From a virus (lineage: Duplodnaviria > Caudoviricetes), in the IMG/VR virus record IMGVR_UViG_3300031251_000018, positions 1,177 to 65,176 of that record: a DNA stretch of 64,000 bases; one strand, given 5' to 3'. The position numbers and the translations under genes are program-made. The notes below the pieces were generated by a model. It worked only from the letters and a program-made list of their open reading frames with translations. It did no database searches and was not told the DNA's origin. Positions 53,237 through 63,710 of the stretch are shown here, piece by piece; positions within the stretch are counted from its first letter, which is position 1; each line of letters starts with the position of its first letter.

Positions 53237-53602
53237 TCAGCGTATCGAGAGTTCGATCCGAACTAACTCGCCGTCTACATAGGGTGCGGCCCATCCAAAA
53301 AGGACCGTGCGTGTGCGACCCGCTATAATTACGCGGTCGCCCTTGCGTGGGATCGGAGATGCGCCTACCGAGGGCCAATCGGCATCGGTAACTTCAGTCG
53401 TCGACATGGTCATCTTCGAGTCGCCCATTTGAAGGCCGATACCCGAAAACATATCCTGCGGCGTGTAGTCGATTATGTGCGCCTGAACGGAGACGCTCGC
53501 CAGGACTGCCATCGAAGGCGGCGATAGCCTCTCAAGGAGAACCGTCTGCCCGTAACGGGCAAGCGAGGCGTCTAGCGCCCGGCGAGCTTGTTCGGGCGAC
53601 AT
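53237..53602 (-). CDS. Head closure/adaptor protein
   Basis: LARYGQTV.L.R, PRKGDRV, LVRIEL. Confidence 0.7.
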   Translation of the reverse strand: MSPEQARRALDASLARYGQTVLLERLSPPSMAVLASVSVQAHIIDYTPQDMFSGIGLQMGDSKMTMSTTEVTDADWPSVGASPIPRKGDRVIIAGRTRTVLFGWAAPYVDGELVRIELSIR

Positions 53603-53603
53603 C

Positions 53604-54248
53604 TCAAACGCGATACTTGTCGAAGATCGCGATAGCGGCGGATGTCACATCAGGGGTCGGTTCCGGCTGATCCTTCACCGGCGTATAGCCCTGCGGGAAG
53701 CGATCCACCCACAGGCCGACGGTCTGCGCCACGGCGGCGGCGAGATCGACGGGAAGGGGCGTAGCGTCGGGGTGCGTTTCCCCGTCGTGATCCGGAAGAA
53801 GATACCCCGCCCACGCGATAACGGTCAGCGCCCGCGGGGGCCAGAAATCTACGGGGCTCTTGTCGGCTCCAAGCCGCGTAATGATCCCCTTGGCGAGATC
53901 GATACCGTAGTCGACCGTGGCGGCAAGCAGCGCGTCCACGCCGAAACGGTTCTCTTCGCGAACTGCGGAGACCGAGACAAGCGGGAACTGCGGAAGCTGG
54001 AGGGAATCCGCCCGTCCGTTGACCAGAAACCCCTCGCGGAACGCCGTCGAAAGATTGGCCTTGAACTGATACCGCGCGAGGGCGAACCGGCGGGAAGTGT
54101 ATTCCTCGACAAAGCGGCTCACGCGCTCGATCGCCGCTGCGACAACAGCCGGGTCGGCATCATGGCGTCCGACCGCGTCGGCCGTCACCAGATTTTCCGA
54201 CGGAGCGGCGGTCAGGACATGCGTTTCGAAAATTTCGGAGGGCGACAT
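53604..54248 (-). CDS. Head-tail connector-like protein, paralogue 2
   Basis: IERVSRFVEEYTSRRF, LPQFPLVSVSAV, AGY...LPVDL..A. Confidence 0.65.
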   Translation of the reverse strand: MSPSEIFETHVLTAAPSENLVTADAVGRHDADPAVVAAAIERVSRFVEEYTSRRFALARYQFKANLSTAFREGFLVNGRADSLQLPQFPLVSVSAVREENRFGVDALLAATVDYGIDLAKGIITRLGADKSPVDFWPPRALTVIAWAGYLLPDHDGETHPDATPLPVDLAAAVAQTVGLWVDRFPQGYTPVKDQPEPTPDVTSAAIAIFDKYRV

Positions 54249-54262
54249 TTTCGGGGCCTTTC

Positions 54263-54985
54263 TCACGCCACGATCGGCGCACGGAAGTTATCGAGGATAT
54301 CGGACACGTCAGGGCTGAGGTTGCCCGCGTCCGTCGGACGCGACCCTTGCGTGATGTAGTTGGTCGAGCCAATCCCTTCGACAGTCTCGGACTTGACGTA
54401 GGGATCACGACGGCTCTCGAAATACCGTGTCGCGACCATGCGCCCGATCGCATCTTCAAGATGCGCCGGGATCAGTGGAGCCGCCGCGGGGATTCCGTTC
54501 TGCCCTGCCGCCTGATCGGGAAACACATAGCCCGACCACAGAACGATCATTACCGTCGTAGTCGAATACCAATCGCGGGGGATTTGATTGGCGTCGAGCC
54601 GATAATAGCTCCCCGTTGAGATATCGACTTCGAAATCCGTTCCCTCTACCAGCGTCGTCACGACACCGTTGATGTCCGTCTCCGTGACGCTCACCGTCGA
54701 TGTGATTGGCCAGTAAGGAATCATGATCGGGTCTACGCGACCGAGCGAGAGATGCCCGTCACGATAACCACGCTCCAGGCGCGCCGTGACACTGTATTTG
54801 GCGATCCCAAAATCCCGATTGCAGTAATCCGCCGCTGCACGCGAACAGCGAATTATGGCTCTCTCGATAAACGCTCGATTATCTCCGTCGATGCCCCAAT
54901 CCTGCATAACAGTATCGGAAAGAGTCATCTTCTGCGACGCGGGTGGCGTAATAACCGCCGTCTGCATGTAGGAGACCCGCGGCAT
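54263..54985 (-). CDS. Head-tail connector protein (gp6-like)
   Basis: ADYCNRDF, WPITS.VSV, SGY...IPAHLEDA, RDPYVKSETVEG, DILDNFR. Confidence 0.8.
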   Translation of the reverse strand: MPRVSYMQTAVITPPASQKMTLSDTVMQDWGIDGDNRAFIERAIIRCSRAAADYCNRDFGIAKYSVTARLERGYRDGHLSLGRVDPIMIPYWPITSTVSVTETDINGVVTTLVEGTDFEVDISTGSYYRLDANQIPRDWYSTTTVMIVLWSGYVFPDQAAGQNGIPAAAPLIPAHLEDAIGRMVATRYFESRRDPYVKSETVEGIGSTNYITQGSRPTDAGNLSPDVSDILDNFRAPIVA

Positions 54986-54986
54986 A

Positions 54987-55352
54987 TCAGTAGAGCCGGG
55001 TCACGATGTTGAGGACCGCCTGCGCGATCTGATTGACCGGGGAACCCGAAGTTCCCGAGCGAATCTTGATGATGTTCACGCCGTCGAAGATGACGGGGTC
55101 GAGAACGACATACTGGCTCACCGCGACCGTGTAGCCCGCCGAGGATGAATATCCGATCGTCGGGCGCGGATCGAGAAGCTCCAGAAAATTCGTTCCGTCA
55201 ACGGACACCTGAAACGTGATGACCGCCGCGGTCCACACGCCCGGCATGACGATCCCGCGAGCGCGTTCGGCGCCAAGATTGATCGCCCCCGATAGGCTCT
55301 GGCCGGCGGCAATCGTGCCAGGGACTAGGTTCAATCCGATTGTAGCGGCCAT
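54987..55352 (-). CDS. Head spike base-like protein (resembles RcGTA Rcc01079)
   Basis: IAAGQSLSGAINLG...GIVMPGVWTAAVITFQVSVDG. Confidence 0.7.
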   Translation of the reverse strand: MAATIGLNLVPGTIAAGQSLSGAINLGAERARGIVMPGVWTAAVITFQVSVDGTNFLELLDPRPTIGYSSSAGYTVAVSQYVVLDPVIFDGVNIIKIRSGTSGSPVNQIAQAVLNIVTRLY

Positions 55353-55407
55353 CTCACTTCTCCGTCAGGACGCCGAGGGCGGCTTTAGGCCGCCCCCGAG
55401 AAGGCCG

Positions 55408-56172
55408 TTACTTGCGGTTCGCCCACGCGTCCACGCGATCGATCGTCAGGGTCGCGAGACCCGTGCCCGAAGGCTTGTAGACCGAGGCGTAAAGCTGCAT
55501 GAGCGAGTTGGCCGAACTGGCGCTCCATGTGATGGAGCCCTTCGTGTTGACGCGATTACCGTCGTAGTAGAAGGCAACGTCGGTCAGGTCGGACAGATCG
55601 ATCCGGTAAAGATGCGGGTTCGTGTCCACGGTGATCGCGACACCCGTCGAGATCGGGGCCGCCGCCACCGAATAGGTGTTCGTGCCATCCTTCGAACGGC
55701 AAAGCAGCCCGTTATTCGCCGTGAAGCCGAACTGAAGGTAACGAGCGTTATTGTCGGGGCCGTCGATCCACGCCTGCGCGACGCCGAAGACAGCCTGCAC
55801 GCTCGCGGCGCTCGGCGCGACGGAGAGCGTGTTCGTCCACTCGATCTGGAAGCGTTTCGTCATATCGAACGACAAATTATCGTTCCAATAAAGCGTCGCC
55901 TCTTCCTTCTCGGAGTTGGCGAGAAGCGTGAGAGCGGCTTGCCCGCCAACAGCGTTCGCCACGAGGGCGGCCGTGGGCGGCGCTGCGCCGACGATCTTCT
56001 TGACCCAGGGATAGCCCGCGATGGGCGAGCCCGCAGCGGGGAATCCGGCCGTGTGGCCGCCGCCGATGAATTCCTCGTTGAAACCGAGGGGAGCCATCGA
56101 AGCGACGGTCTCCATACCGATGTCTTCGTAGAAGATTTGGGAACCGGCATCCCAACGCGAGCGAGTCGTCAT
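55408..56172 (-). CDS. Virion protein, lectin-like beta-sandwich (possible decoration)
   Basis: HLYRID...VAFYYDG; position after capsid genes. Confidence 0.65.
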   Translation of the reverse strand: MTTRSRWDAGSQIFYEDIGMETVASMAPLGFNEEFIGGGHTAGFPAAGSPIAGYPWVKKIVGAAPPTAALVANAVGGQAALTLLANSEKEEATLYWNDNLSFDMTKRFQIEWTNTLSVAPSAASVQAVFGVAQAWIDGPDNNARYLQFGFTANNGLLCRSKDGTNTYSVAAAPISTGVAITVDTNPHLYRIDLSDLTDVAFYYDGNRVNTKGSITWSASSANSLMQLYASVYKPSGTGLATLTIDRVDAWANRK

Positions 56173-56257
56173 ATTAAAGTCCTTTCTGGACCGAGCTTTT
56201 GGCCCGCCTTACGGCGATCCAGGGGAGGATAAAAGGGGGCGCGAACGCCCCGTTTAA

Positions 56258-56752
56258 TCAGTTGGCCAGGATGTTGACCGCGCCCGTGCCGATCGCTTTG
56301 ATCTTGTTGAGCGTGATGATCTCGGCGAAGGTGATGTTCGCAGCGTTCGAAGCGCCGGTCTGGATCGCAATGGTCGTGAAACCATTGGTCACGTCGAGAG
56401 CCGCTTCGGGCAGGATTTCGAAAACCACCAACTTGTTCTTCACGGCCGCATCGGTCGTGTAGCTGGCCGCCGCGGCGCGCGCGGTCAGAAGCGAGGTCAG
56501 CGACACGTCGAGATTCGACCAGATCGGCACGGCGTTGACCGCCTTCGATCCGGTGCCCGACACGTCCTGCGCCTGAAGGGGCGTCAGAGCGACAGTCGCC
56601 GCGTTGCCCTGGGTGATATGGACAACGATGAACGCCTTGATGGCGTTCTTGAGGGTGACGTAGCCGCTGGTGCGACCGGCGGCATCCGCAGCCGGTGCAA
56701 GCAGCGTAAAGGGCGGCAGTTCCGCCACAAGAGAGAATTGACGACCCGACAT
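56258..56752 (-). CDS. Head decoration/cement-like protein
   Basis: Directly after MCP; LQAQDVSGTGSK, LDVTNGF. Confidence 0.7.
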   Translation of the reverse strand: MSGRQFSLVAELPPFTLLAPAADAAGRTSGYVTLKNAIKAFIVVHITQGNAATVALTPLQAQDVSGTGSKAVNAVPIWSNLDVSLTSLLTARAAAASYTTDAAVKNKLVVFEILPEAALDVTNGFTTIAIQTGASNAANITFAEIITLNKIKAIGTGAVNILAN

Positions 56753-56816
56753 CGGGCGATCCTTTCGTAGATGAAGAGAGGAAGGGAAGGTCGGGCGCTA
56801 GGCCCGACCAACTCTA

Positions 56817-58226
56817 TCAGCGAGACGCAAGCGCGATGAAGGGCGAGTTCTGCGTGCCGCCCTTGAAGCGGGTCAGCGGCGCCGTCCACATCGGCTGACC
56901 GTCGACGCGGTAAGTGATGCGGAACACCATCTGATCGGTCAGGAACGCGACGTGCATGGAGGTCGCCGCATTGACGCCGCCCTTGTCGGCCAGCGTGTAT
57001 TGCGACAGATCGACCAGCGCGATGTCGCCGGACGTGCCGAGCGCCGCGTTGTATTCCGTCGGGATCACCGGGCGGCCATACAGCGTGCCGAACGGGGCCT
57101 CGGAGAGACCGCCGGGCGGCATGTAGAGCGGCTGACCGCCCGTGCCGACCGCCTGATTGAGCGAGAACAACTGCGGCTCGACATCCTGGTTGATGAGCCA
57201 CACCGCATTCTTGCGCGAGCGGTTCCAGCAACGCGACCACATTTTGTCAAGGTTCTCCTTGACGATGGTGCCCGACTTCTGGCCGTTCTCGGCGCCCACA
57301 GTGATGAGCGCGTTCGACTTCATGATGCCGGTCGGCTGGCCAACGCCCGTGCCTTCCCAGATAGCATCCTCGGTCATGAACATAATTTCTTCCGAGAACG
57401 CCTGCGAAGCGATCGAGGTCAACGCAGTCGAGTCCTGAAGCAGTTCGTCGGACATATACATGGCCGACATCAGCTTCTTCAGGCTGAATTCGATGATGCG
57501 GAACTTCGGCTTCGTGGTCGTGACCGACGTGCCTTCATCGACCCAATAGGACTGCACACCGCCCCAACGCGATCCGGTCGCGCGCGACGTTTCATCGACG
57601 CCAGGGATTTTGATGCCGTTGAACTGCGGCCCGATCGGGAGCTTGTTCACGCGCGAGAGAAGATCGCCGAGTTCGTGGGCGATCATCCACACGGCATTCC
57701 CGAAGTCGGTCTGCACCAGGAAGCCGCCGCCGGTGGGGTCCACTTCGCCAGCGCCGGTGGGGGCGCGAACGAGACGGGGATCGACGGTCATGCCGCGCGA
57801 AGACGCCGCGGTGAAGACCGCCTGAAGCTGCTCGCCGAAGCTACGGAAGTGCTTCGACGGATCGACGCGGATGCCGTTCTCGGCACGGGCGACCGCCGCG
57901 TTGCGCTCGAACTTGTCGAGGAACGAACGGCCCTTCGTGCTGTAGGCTTCCGCCAGCGAGGACGGACCACGCGACAGAGCGCGGGTCTCGGCAAGACGGG
58001 CGACAGCCGGATCAACGGTGTCAACCGTGGCACCGTCGCCTTCACCGATGCGAACAGCGGTGGCGGCGTTCAGGGCCTCGGCCTTCTCCAGGCGAGCCAG
58101 AGTAGCCTTGTCAGACTCGATCTCATCAACACGACGCTGGAATTCGGCCGCGTCTTCAACGTGGGCCGAGAGTTCGCCGGTCTTCTGCTTGATCGCCTGG
58201 CGAAGGGTTGCAATTTTGTCCATCAT
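56817..58226 (-). CDS. Major capsid protein (HK97 fold)
   Basis: GGFLVQ, WVDEG, SDELLQDS, GTGVGQPTG, LYGRPV, FR...RVDGQP. Confidence 0.95.
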   Translation of the reverse strand: MMDKIATLRQAIKQKTGELSAHVEDAAEFQRRVDEIESDKATLARLEKAEALNAATAVRIGEGDGATVDTVDPAVARLAETRALSRGPSSLAEAYSTKGRSFLDKFERNAAVARAENGIRVDPSKHFRSFGEQLQAVFTAASSRGMTVDPRLVRAPTGAGEVDPTGGGFLVQTDFGNAVWMIAHELGDLLSRVNKLPIGPQFNGIKIPGVDETSRATGSRWGGVQSYWVDEGTSVTTTKPKFRIIEFSLKKLMSAMYMSDELLQDSTALTSIASQAFSEEIMFMTEDAIWEGTGVGQPTGIMKSNALITVGAENGQKSGTIVKENLDKMWSRCWNRSRKNAVWLINQDVEPQLFSLNQAVGTGGQPLYMPPGGLSEAPFGTLYGRPVIPTEYNAALGTSGDIALVDLSQYTLADKGGVNAATSMHVAFLTDQMVFRITYRVDGQPMWTAPLTRFKGGTQNSPFIALASR

Positions 58227-58313
58227 TCTACCTTTCTGGACATTAAAAGACCGCCTCGCGGCGGCCGGTTTGCCCCTCGCCAGGAATGGGGAGGGATTTC
58301 TCTCGACCGTCGG

Positions 58314-59813
58314 TCAGTCGGAAGCTTGAAGCTGTGCGAGTTTCGCGATGCGCTCGCGCTTGGCGCGGGCCTCGGCCTCGGCGGCGAACGTCACCATGTT
58401 TGGGTCGGCGCTCATGGAGCCGGCGTCACCGCCCCCACCACCACCGCCTTCATCATCGCGCTTCATCACGCAGCGAAGATGCTCGGCCGCGCGAGAGCAA
58501 TGGTCGAGCGCCTGACCGAGAACCGACATATTCTCGGCGCTGATCTCGCGACCGGCGCGGACCTTCCCGGTCGACCGGGTCGTGGTGATCGTCACGTCCC
58601 TACCATCCGCCGCGTCGCGAAGGGCGTCATGGATCAGCCCGCGGGTCTCGCTATCCGCCGACCAATAATAGGAAGCGCCGGCGTCAAAATCCTCGCCCGA
58701 GGCGAGAAGTTCGCCGACTTCCTCTTTGGTCATGGCGATGAGCGCCTCGCCAAGGGACTTGAGCACGCCCTGGAGCATGGCAGGGACGCCGCTGTCGTCA
58801 CCCTCGGTCTCGGACTCATCTTCGGCGTTGTCGGCGAGGATGCCGAGCGTCTTGAGCGTCATGGCAAGCTGCGCGACCGAATAGAGACCGCGCTTGGTGA
58901 TCGTAAACGCCGGCTTCTCGTCTTCAAACGTGCCGCGCGAGGATTTCGCCGCGTAGTGGTCGATCACTGACCGAACTTCACTGACGGAGGACAGCGGCAT
59001 GTCGATCCCAAGAGCCTCACGGAGCGCCGTCGCGTTCGCCACAAGCCGGCCATTGACGACCGAGGCGATTGGGAAGCGATATGCGGTCTCGTCCTTCGGA
59101 TTGGCCGGGTCGTGGATCAAGAACGCCTTGCGCGCCTTCGCATGATCCGGCTTTTCACCATCAAAACCGCAGGCGGCGAAAATCGCGCACGCGGCGTCGC
59201 CGGCATTCCACTCGGAGACCTCATCAAGAGGCAAATTGCGGGAGGCCCCGCACTTCCATTCCGGCTCGCGGGCCATTTCCTTCTCCATGATCTTCGCAGC
59301 CCATTCATGAACGGGCGAGATGTCGATTCCGGCGTCTCGCGCCTGAACAAGCGCGCTCGCGAGCGATCCAACGGGCACGATCGACGCTTCAAGAAGCGTC
59401 TGTTTCGTAAAATCGAACTTGCCGGGGCCACGATCGGACGGTTTGCCGTCCGTCGGCACGAATCCGACGCTGCACATCCGCAAATAGCCGGCGTCGATCA
59501 TGTCGAGCACCATTCCGGCCGTCGGATTCATCTCCCGTGGCATGAAAACCGCGTCGCCAAGAAGGCTGTCGCCCTCTACGTGCAGATTTTCCCACTGGCC
59601 GAGGACGTGATTTACCGTTTCGGAGTCGTGCGCCCACAAAACCGGCAAATTATCGGCCGCACGGGTCAAATCCCATCCGCTCGTCTTCAGCGTGTGCCCG
59701 TCAAGGGCCACACTGGAGTCGGAAAGCTTGAAACGGCGCGTGCGCTCGTCAACTTTCAGCGGCGTGACATTCGCCGTGAGACGAACGGCCGGTTTATTGA
59801 AGGCGTCGGTCAC
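58314..59813 (-). CDS. HK97-type prohead protease with C-terminal extra domains
   Basis: VLWAHD, CSVGF, LLEASIVPVGS. Confidence 0.88.
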   Translation of the reverse strand: MTDAFNKPAVRLTANVTPLKVDERTRRFKLSDSSVALDGHTLKTSGWDLTRAADNLPVLWAHDSETVNHVLGQWENLHVEGDSLLGDAVFMPREMNPTAGMVLDMIDAGYLRMCSVGFVPTDGKPSDRGPGKFDFTKQTLLEASIVPVGSLASALVQARDAGIDISPVHEWAAKIMEKEMAREPEWKCGASRNLPLDEVSEWNAGDAACAIFAACGFDGEKPDHAKARKAFLIHDPANPKDETAYRFPIASVVNGRLVANATALREALGIDMPLSSVSEVRSVIDHYAAKSSRGTFEDEKPAFTITKRGLYSVAQLAMTLKTLGILADNAEDESETEGDDSGVPAMLQGVLKSLGEALIAMTKEEVGELLASGEDFDAGASYYWSADSETRGLIHDALRDAADGRDVTITTTRSTGKVRAGREISAENMSVLGQALDHCSRAAEHLRCVMKRDDEGGGGGGGDAGSMSADPNMVTFAAEAEARAKRERIAKLAQLQASD

Positions 59814-61108
59814 TTATTCGCTCCCGGTTGGTCGGGGTTGCCACCGTTTTTAGGCGGCTTGCCGGCGCCGTCGGGCGCGTTGCCGGAATGATCTGACCCG
59901 TAAGGTGTCGAGTTCGACGGGAAAATCAGCTTATCGGCCCCGTCGTCATCCGAAGGATCGAGGCCGATGCCTGCGCGCCCTTCGTTCGGTGTTTCAAGTG
60001 AGCCGAGCACCGCGAGACGGTGCATGTTGATGCGCTGCGCGAGGTCCGCTTCAAGAAGCTGACTCATATCGAAGCGAACTTTAAGGTCTTCGCGCCACAG
60101 ACCGAACATTTTATCGAACGCCGCGGACCAGATCGTCGTATATTCCGACAACGTATAGTTCACATACGCCTGCGCGAGCATACCGGGATCGGTGCGACCC
60201 GAAGATGGCACTTCCGTTATCATGGCGATCGGGATGCGGAACATCCGCGCGATCTCTTCGATCTGAAAACGCCGCGAAGTTATGAATTCAAGATCGGCCG
60301 AGGTCATCGAAAGCGGTTGCCATTTCAAACCGCCCTCAAGGATCGCCGTTTTGCCGCTGTTCAGTAGCCCTTCCTGGGCCTGCTTCCACGATGTCTTCGA
60401 CCGCTCATACACGTCCGGCGTCAGTTTGCCGTCCGTAATAAGGATGCCGGACGGTTTCGCCGCGTTGCCCATCCACCGCGCGGCTTGCTGTTCCTGCGCG
60501 ACGGCGAGGCCAACTGCCTCTCGTGCAATCGCGATAGGCGAAAACCCTAGAAGACCGTTCGTGGACATGCCCTTCATGTGGAGCATGTCACGCGCCGGGA
60601 TCAGAAGCGGCTCGTTGGCGAGGATCGCAAGCTCGTGAAGCCCCGAACGCGACACCATATAGAAGAGAGCGCCGTCCTGGCCCTGATAGAGAGACACTCG
60701 ATCGGGATTGATCGGCACGAAAAACAGCGGATCGCCGCCGTAGTTGCGAACGATCACCGCATAGGCGTTTCCGCGAAGCGCGAGACCGATCTGCATCATC
60801 GCCGCGAAGTCGGGCCACGTCATCCAATCGTTCGGCTCGTGAAAGAGCGTATAGAGCGGATGCGTCTTGGCGACTTGCTTCTTACCGTTCGCGGCCTGCT
60901 TGTAAATTTCCGGCGTCGCTTTCGCGAAGTCGTAGGCGATCATGCGGACGCAGGCGAGAACCGCCGTGACCTGGAGCGCCGTATATTGGCTTACCTGGAC
61001 GCCAGTCGCGGACGGGACACTCCCGTAGCCGTCGAACCACGTCGTATCGTTGAACGCGTCGCGCTTCTTCGCGCCGAACACGTTGCGGAGAGATTGGAGT
61101 AAATTCAT
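59810..61108 (-). CDS. Portal protein (HK97 family)
   Basis: AVLACV, LRGNAYA, G.SPI, NSGKTAILEGG, EEIARMFRIP, TPNEGR. Confidence 0.95.
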   Translation of the reverse strand: MNLLQSLRNVFGAKKRDAFNDTTWFDGYGSVPSATGVQVSQYTALQVTAVLACVRMIAYDFAKATPEIYKQAANGKKQVAKTHPLYTLFHEPNDWMTWPDFAAMMQIGLALRGNAYAVIVRNYGGDPLFFVPINPDRVSLYQGQDGALFYMVSRSGLHELAILANEPLLIPARDMLHMKGMSTNGLLGFSPIAIAREAVGLAVAQEQQAARWMGNAAKPSGILITDGKLTPDVYERSKTSWKQAQEGLLNSGKTAILEGGLKWQPLSMTSADLEFITSRRFQIEEIARMFRIPIAMITEVPSSGRTDPGMLAQAYVNYTLSEYTTIWSAAFDKMFGLWREDLKVRFDMSQLLEADLAQRINMHRLAVLGSLETPNEGRAGIGLDPSDDDGADKLIFPSNSTPYGSDHSGNAPDGAGKPPKNGGNPDQPGANK

Positions 61109-61118
61109 GATCTCTCCG

Positions 61119-62828
61119 TTACCAAACGCTGATTTCTGGCATCCGCGCTGGTTCTGGATTATTAGCCATCAGCGTAATGGCGTTGAACATCGCCATCAGC
61201 GGGTCGATTTTTGCCGTCCCGCTCACCGCTTTGGTGATGAGCATGGCGTTTCCCTTCATCTCCATACGAGCGTTGGAAACAGCCCATGCGAGGATTTCCT
61301 GCGCGGCCGGGATAAGCGTTCCATCGGCCAATTTGCGCTCGGCAGTCTTGATCGCGCCTTGAAGCTTATAGCCCTGCGAGACCGCGACAACGACATCATC
61401 CTTACCGTCTAGGCTTACGACCCCGGCGTCCACAATCGCGTCTACAATCGCGCCGACGCCGACGGGATCGAGACCGACTTGCGAGAGCAGCCCGGCTTCG
61501 TAAACCTTGCGGATAATGCTGACCATCTCTTCGATGTCGTCGCCCATCATCTCGAAAATGGACAACTCACCGGCGGCTGCAAAATCCTTCAACCTCGGCG
61601 CTTCAGACTGACGCCGCTGAAGGACGCCGCTCTTGCCGACAGGGTCGGTGAAGGCCCATGAGTGCCCCCATCCGAACCAGCGACGAAAACGGACATCCGT
61701 CGTCGCCTTCTCGCGCCCGATCACATAGAGACTAAGAAGATCGTCCAGACCGCCGCCGTCGATCCCGATCGTGACAACTTCGCAGCATTGCAAAATGCGC
61801 TCTAGCGTCACCGCGGGCTCGATCGCTTTTTCCCAAAGATCGCCGCCGACCCATCGGTCAGCGCGAAGCGCCATGCCGATCTCGACGTTAAGATGCTTCG
61901 CCAGGAAGCCGCGCAAGCTCTCTTCGCCAGCGCGTTCGGCCTTTATCAATTCTTCCCGAAGAAACTGCGGATCAACGGAGGCCCCGAGGTTCGGGTTCGT
62001 GATGTAGAAGTTCTTCGGATCGAGATAGGCTTTCGCCTCGGCCATCTTCTCGGGAAATTCGTAAATCACCGGAAGACTACGATTATCGACAACCTTTCCG
62101 TCCCGCACGTCGCGGAAGTAATTCAACTTCTGCCGGAAGACACCGGCGGGCGGATCATCGCTCTGCGTAGACAGGTATGCGACAAACCCTTCGGGCCGAG
62201 AGACAAGACCGCCGGTCGCCTCGCGAAGCATGTTCTCCGCGTTCGCACGCTTACCGAACAGCCAAAGTTCGTCTATCAGGACGCCGATCGCCTTCTTACC
62301 GGACACCGTATCGTTGTCCGCGGCGACAACCTTCAGGGTCGCGCCGGTCTTGCGATGCGTGATCGTCTTGAGATGCTCCTGAACGTGGAGAATCTCGGCC
62401 AACTCCGGATCGGCCTTCACCATGTCACGCGCCGGGAAGAAGCTGTTATTCGCCACTTCCAACGTCGGCGCGAGGATCAGAAACTCACCGGACATGCGCC
62501 AGTTGCGCATGAGCGCGGTCAGCATAATGCCGCCGCTGGTCGTGCTCTTGCTGTTCTTCTTGGAGATCAGCAAAAAGAATTCTCGGATCAGGCGCCGGCC
62601 CGTCTCGTGCTCGTAGGCCCCAAAGATCGCTTTGGCGAAGTCATGAACCCAGGGAAGCCCCGCGGCTCCCATCGTCGGCGAGCCCGGCGCATCCACGATC
62701 CGGAGATCGTTGAAGACCTTCATCGCCTTCTCGGCCTGTTCCGGAAAGAGCGGATCGAAAGGGATCAGGGACCGCCCTTCAACTATGCGCTCCCGCCAAT
62801 CCGGGCAGGCCGTCGTCCACTCGGCCAT
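61119..62828 (-). CDS. terL: Terminase large subunit
   Basis: ISKKNSKS Walker A variant, LIDELW, GIDGGGLDDL, KIDPLMA. Confidence 0.95.
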   Translation of the reverse strand: MAEWTTACPDWRERIVEGRSLIPFDPLFPEQAEKAMKVFNDLRIVDAPGSPTMGAAGLPWVHDFAKAIFGAYEHETGRRLIREFFLLISKKNSKSTTSGGIMLTALMRNWRMSGEFLILAPTLEVANNSFFPARDMVKADPELAEILHVQEHLKTITHRKTGATLKVVAADNDTVSGKKAIGVLIDELWLFGKRANAENMLREATGGLVSRPEGFVAYLSTQSDDPPAGVFRQKLNYFRDVRDGKVVDNRSLPVIYEFPEKMAEAKAYLDPKNFYITNPNLGASVDPQFLREELIKAERAGEESLRGFLAKHLNVEIGMALRADRWVGGDLWEKAIEPAVTLERILQCCEVVTIGIDGGGLDDLLSLYVIGREKATTDVRFRRWFGWGHSWAFTDPVGKSGVLQRRQSEAPRLKDFAAAGELSIFEMMGDDIEEMVSIIRKVYEAGLLSQVGLDPVGVGAIVDAIVDAGVVSLDGKDDVVVAVSQGYKLQGAIKTAERKLADGTLIPAAQEILAWAVSNARMEMKGNAMLITKAVSGTAKIDPLMAMFNAITLMANNPEPARMPEISVW

Positions 62829-63155
62829 GCTACGCCCTCACGAAACAGGTAACGTCGCTACAACAGCGCCCGCTGATAAACAGAACGCCGCATCTGGTGA
62901 GATCACGGCGACCGCCGCGACCACAAGATAGAAGAGGGCGAAGACGGTATCGGTCGGCGTCCAGGTTAGCTTCATGTCAGCCCCGCCGACCGAATAGGAT
63001 GACCGCGCCCAGGATCGCCGCAGGCGCCACGATCATCACGAATGCAATGATGATGTCGCCGGCTTCGTCCATAGGGGTGCGCTATTGCTTGGCGAGCCAG
63101 ATAAGGCTGGCGCCATAAGCCGCTACCTCGATCGTGACGATCCAATCCAGTAGGG

Positions 63156-63596
63156 TCATTGCATCCGAGTCCCTGGTGGGGGTGGCGGCGCTTCAAACTT
63201 GCCGCCGGCCGCAATCTTCGCCTCGGCCGTAGCCTGCGCCGCGGCCTTCTTCCCGGTGATCCCTCTGGATTCCGCGTCGCGCTCGCGCTCGGCGTCGGCC
63301 CATTCCTTCACGGCCTTCGCCGCCGAGACGCGGGGGCCGTCCTGCGGACCCGCGCGCATGATCTGCTTCAGGGTCGCGAGAGCGAGCCCCTCTAGTTCGG
63401 CCGCAGAGGTCGGATAGTCGCCATCGTCAAGCTTGGAGAGGACCGACGTGATCGCCTCGTCCAAGTCTTTGCCGACGGAACCGGTCTTCTCGGCAATCAC
63501 CTTGGCGACCACGCCTTTTGATTTCGGGCGGCCGGCGCCGGGGCGCTTACCACCACGTCCTCGATTGGTCGATACGGTCAAGGTTAACTCCAGCAC
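63156..63596 (-). CDS. terS: Terminase small subunit
   Basis: RGGKRPGAGRPK N-terminus; GKKAAAQ..A...GGKF..PPPP C-terminus; upstream of terL. Confidence 0.8.
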   Translation of the reverse strand: MLELTLTVSTNRGRGGKRPGAGRPKSKGVVAKVIAEKTGSVGKDLDEAITSVLSKLDDGDYPTSAAELEGLALATLKQIMRAGPQDGPRVSAAKAVKEWADAERERDAESRGITGKKAAAQATAEAKIAAGGKFEAPPPPPGTRMQ

Positions 63597-63634
63597 GTTC
63601 AGCGGGTTACGACCCTATGAATTCAAACGGCGTA

Positions 63635-63710
63635 ATCAAAAAATTCTGTGCGTGAGCCCGTCGCCGGTCGCGGCCCCCGCCTAGAGCATAACCATAACCC
63701 CCCGGCCGCG
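63635..63710 (-). other. Candidate cos/packaging region
   Basis: Upstream of terS; minus strand has a G-run, then GCGACCGGCG...CTCACGCACAGAATTTTTT, a layout recalled from cos regions of HK97-like phages. Confidence 0.4.

Noticed and set aside
56952-58970. 672-aa plus-strand ORF
   Set aside because: Antisense shadow of the capsid and protease genes caused by high-GC codon bias; no motifs
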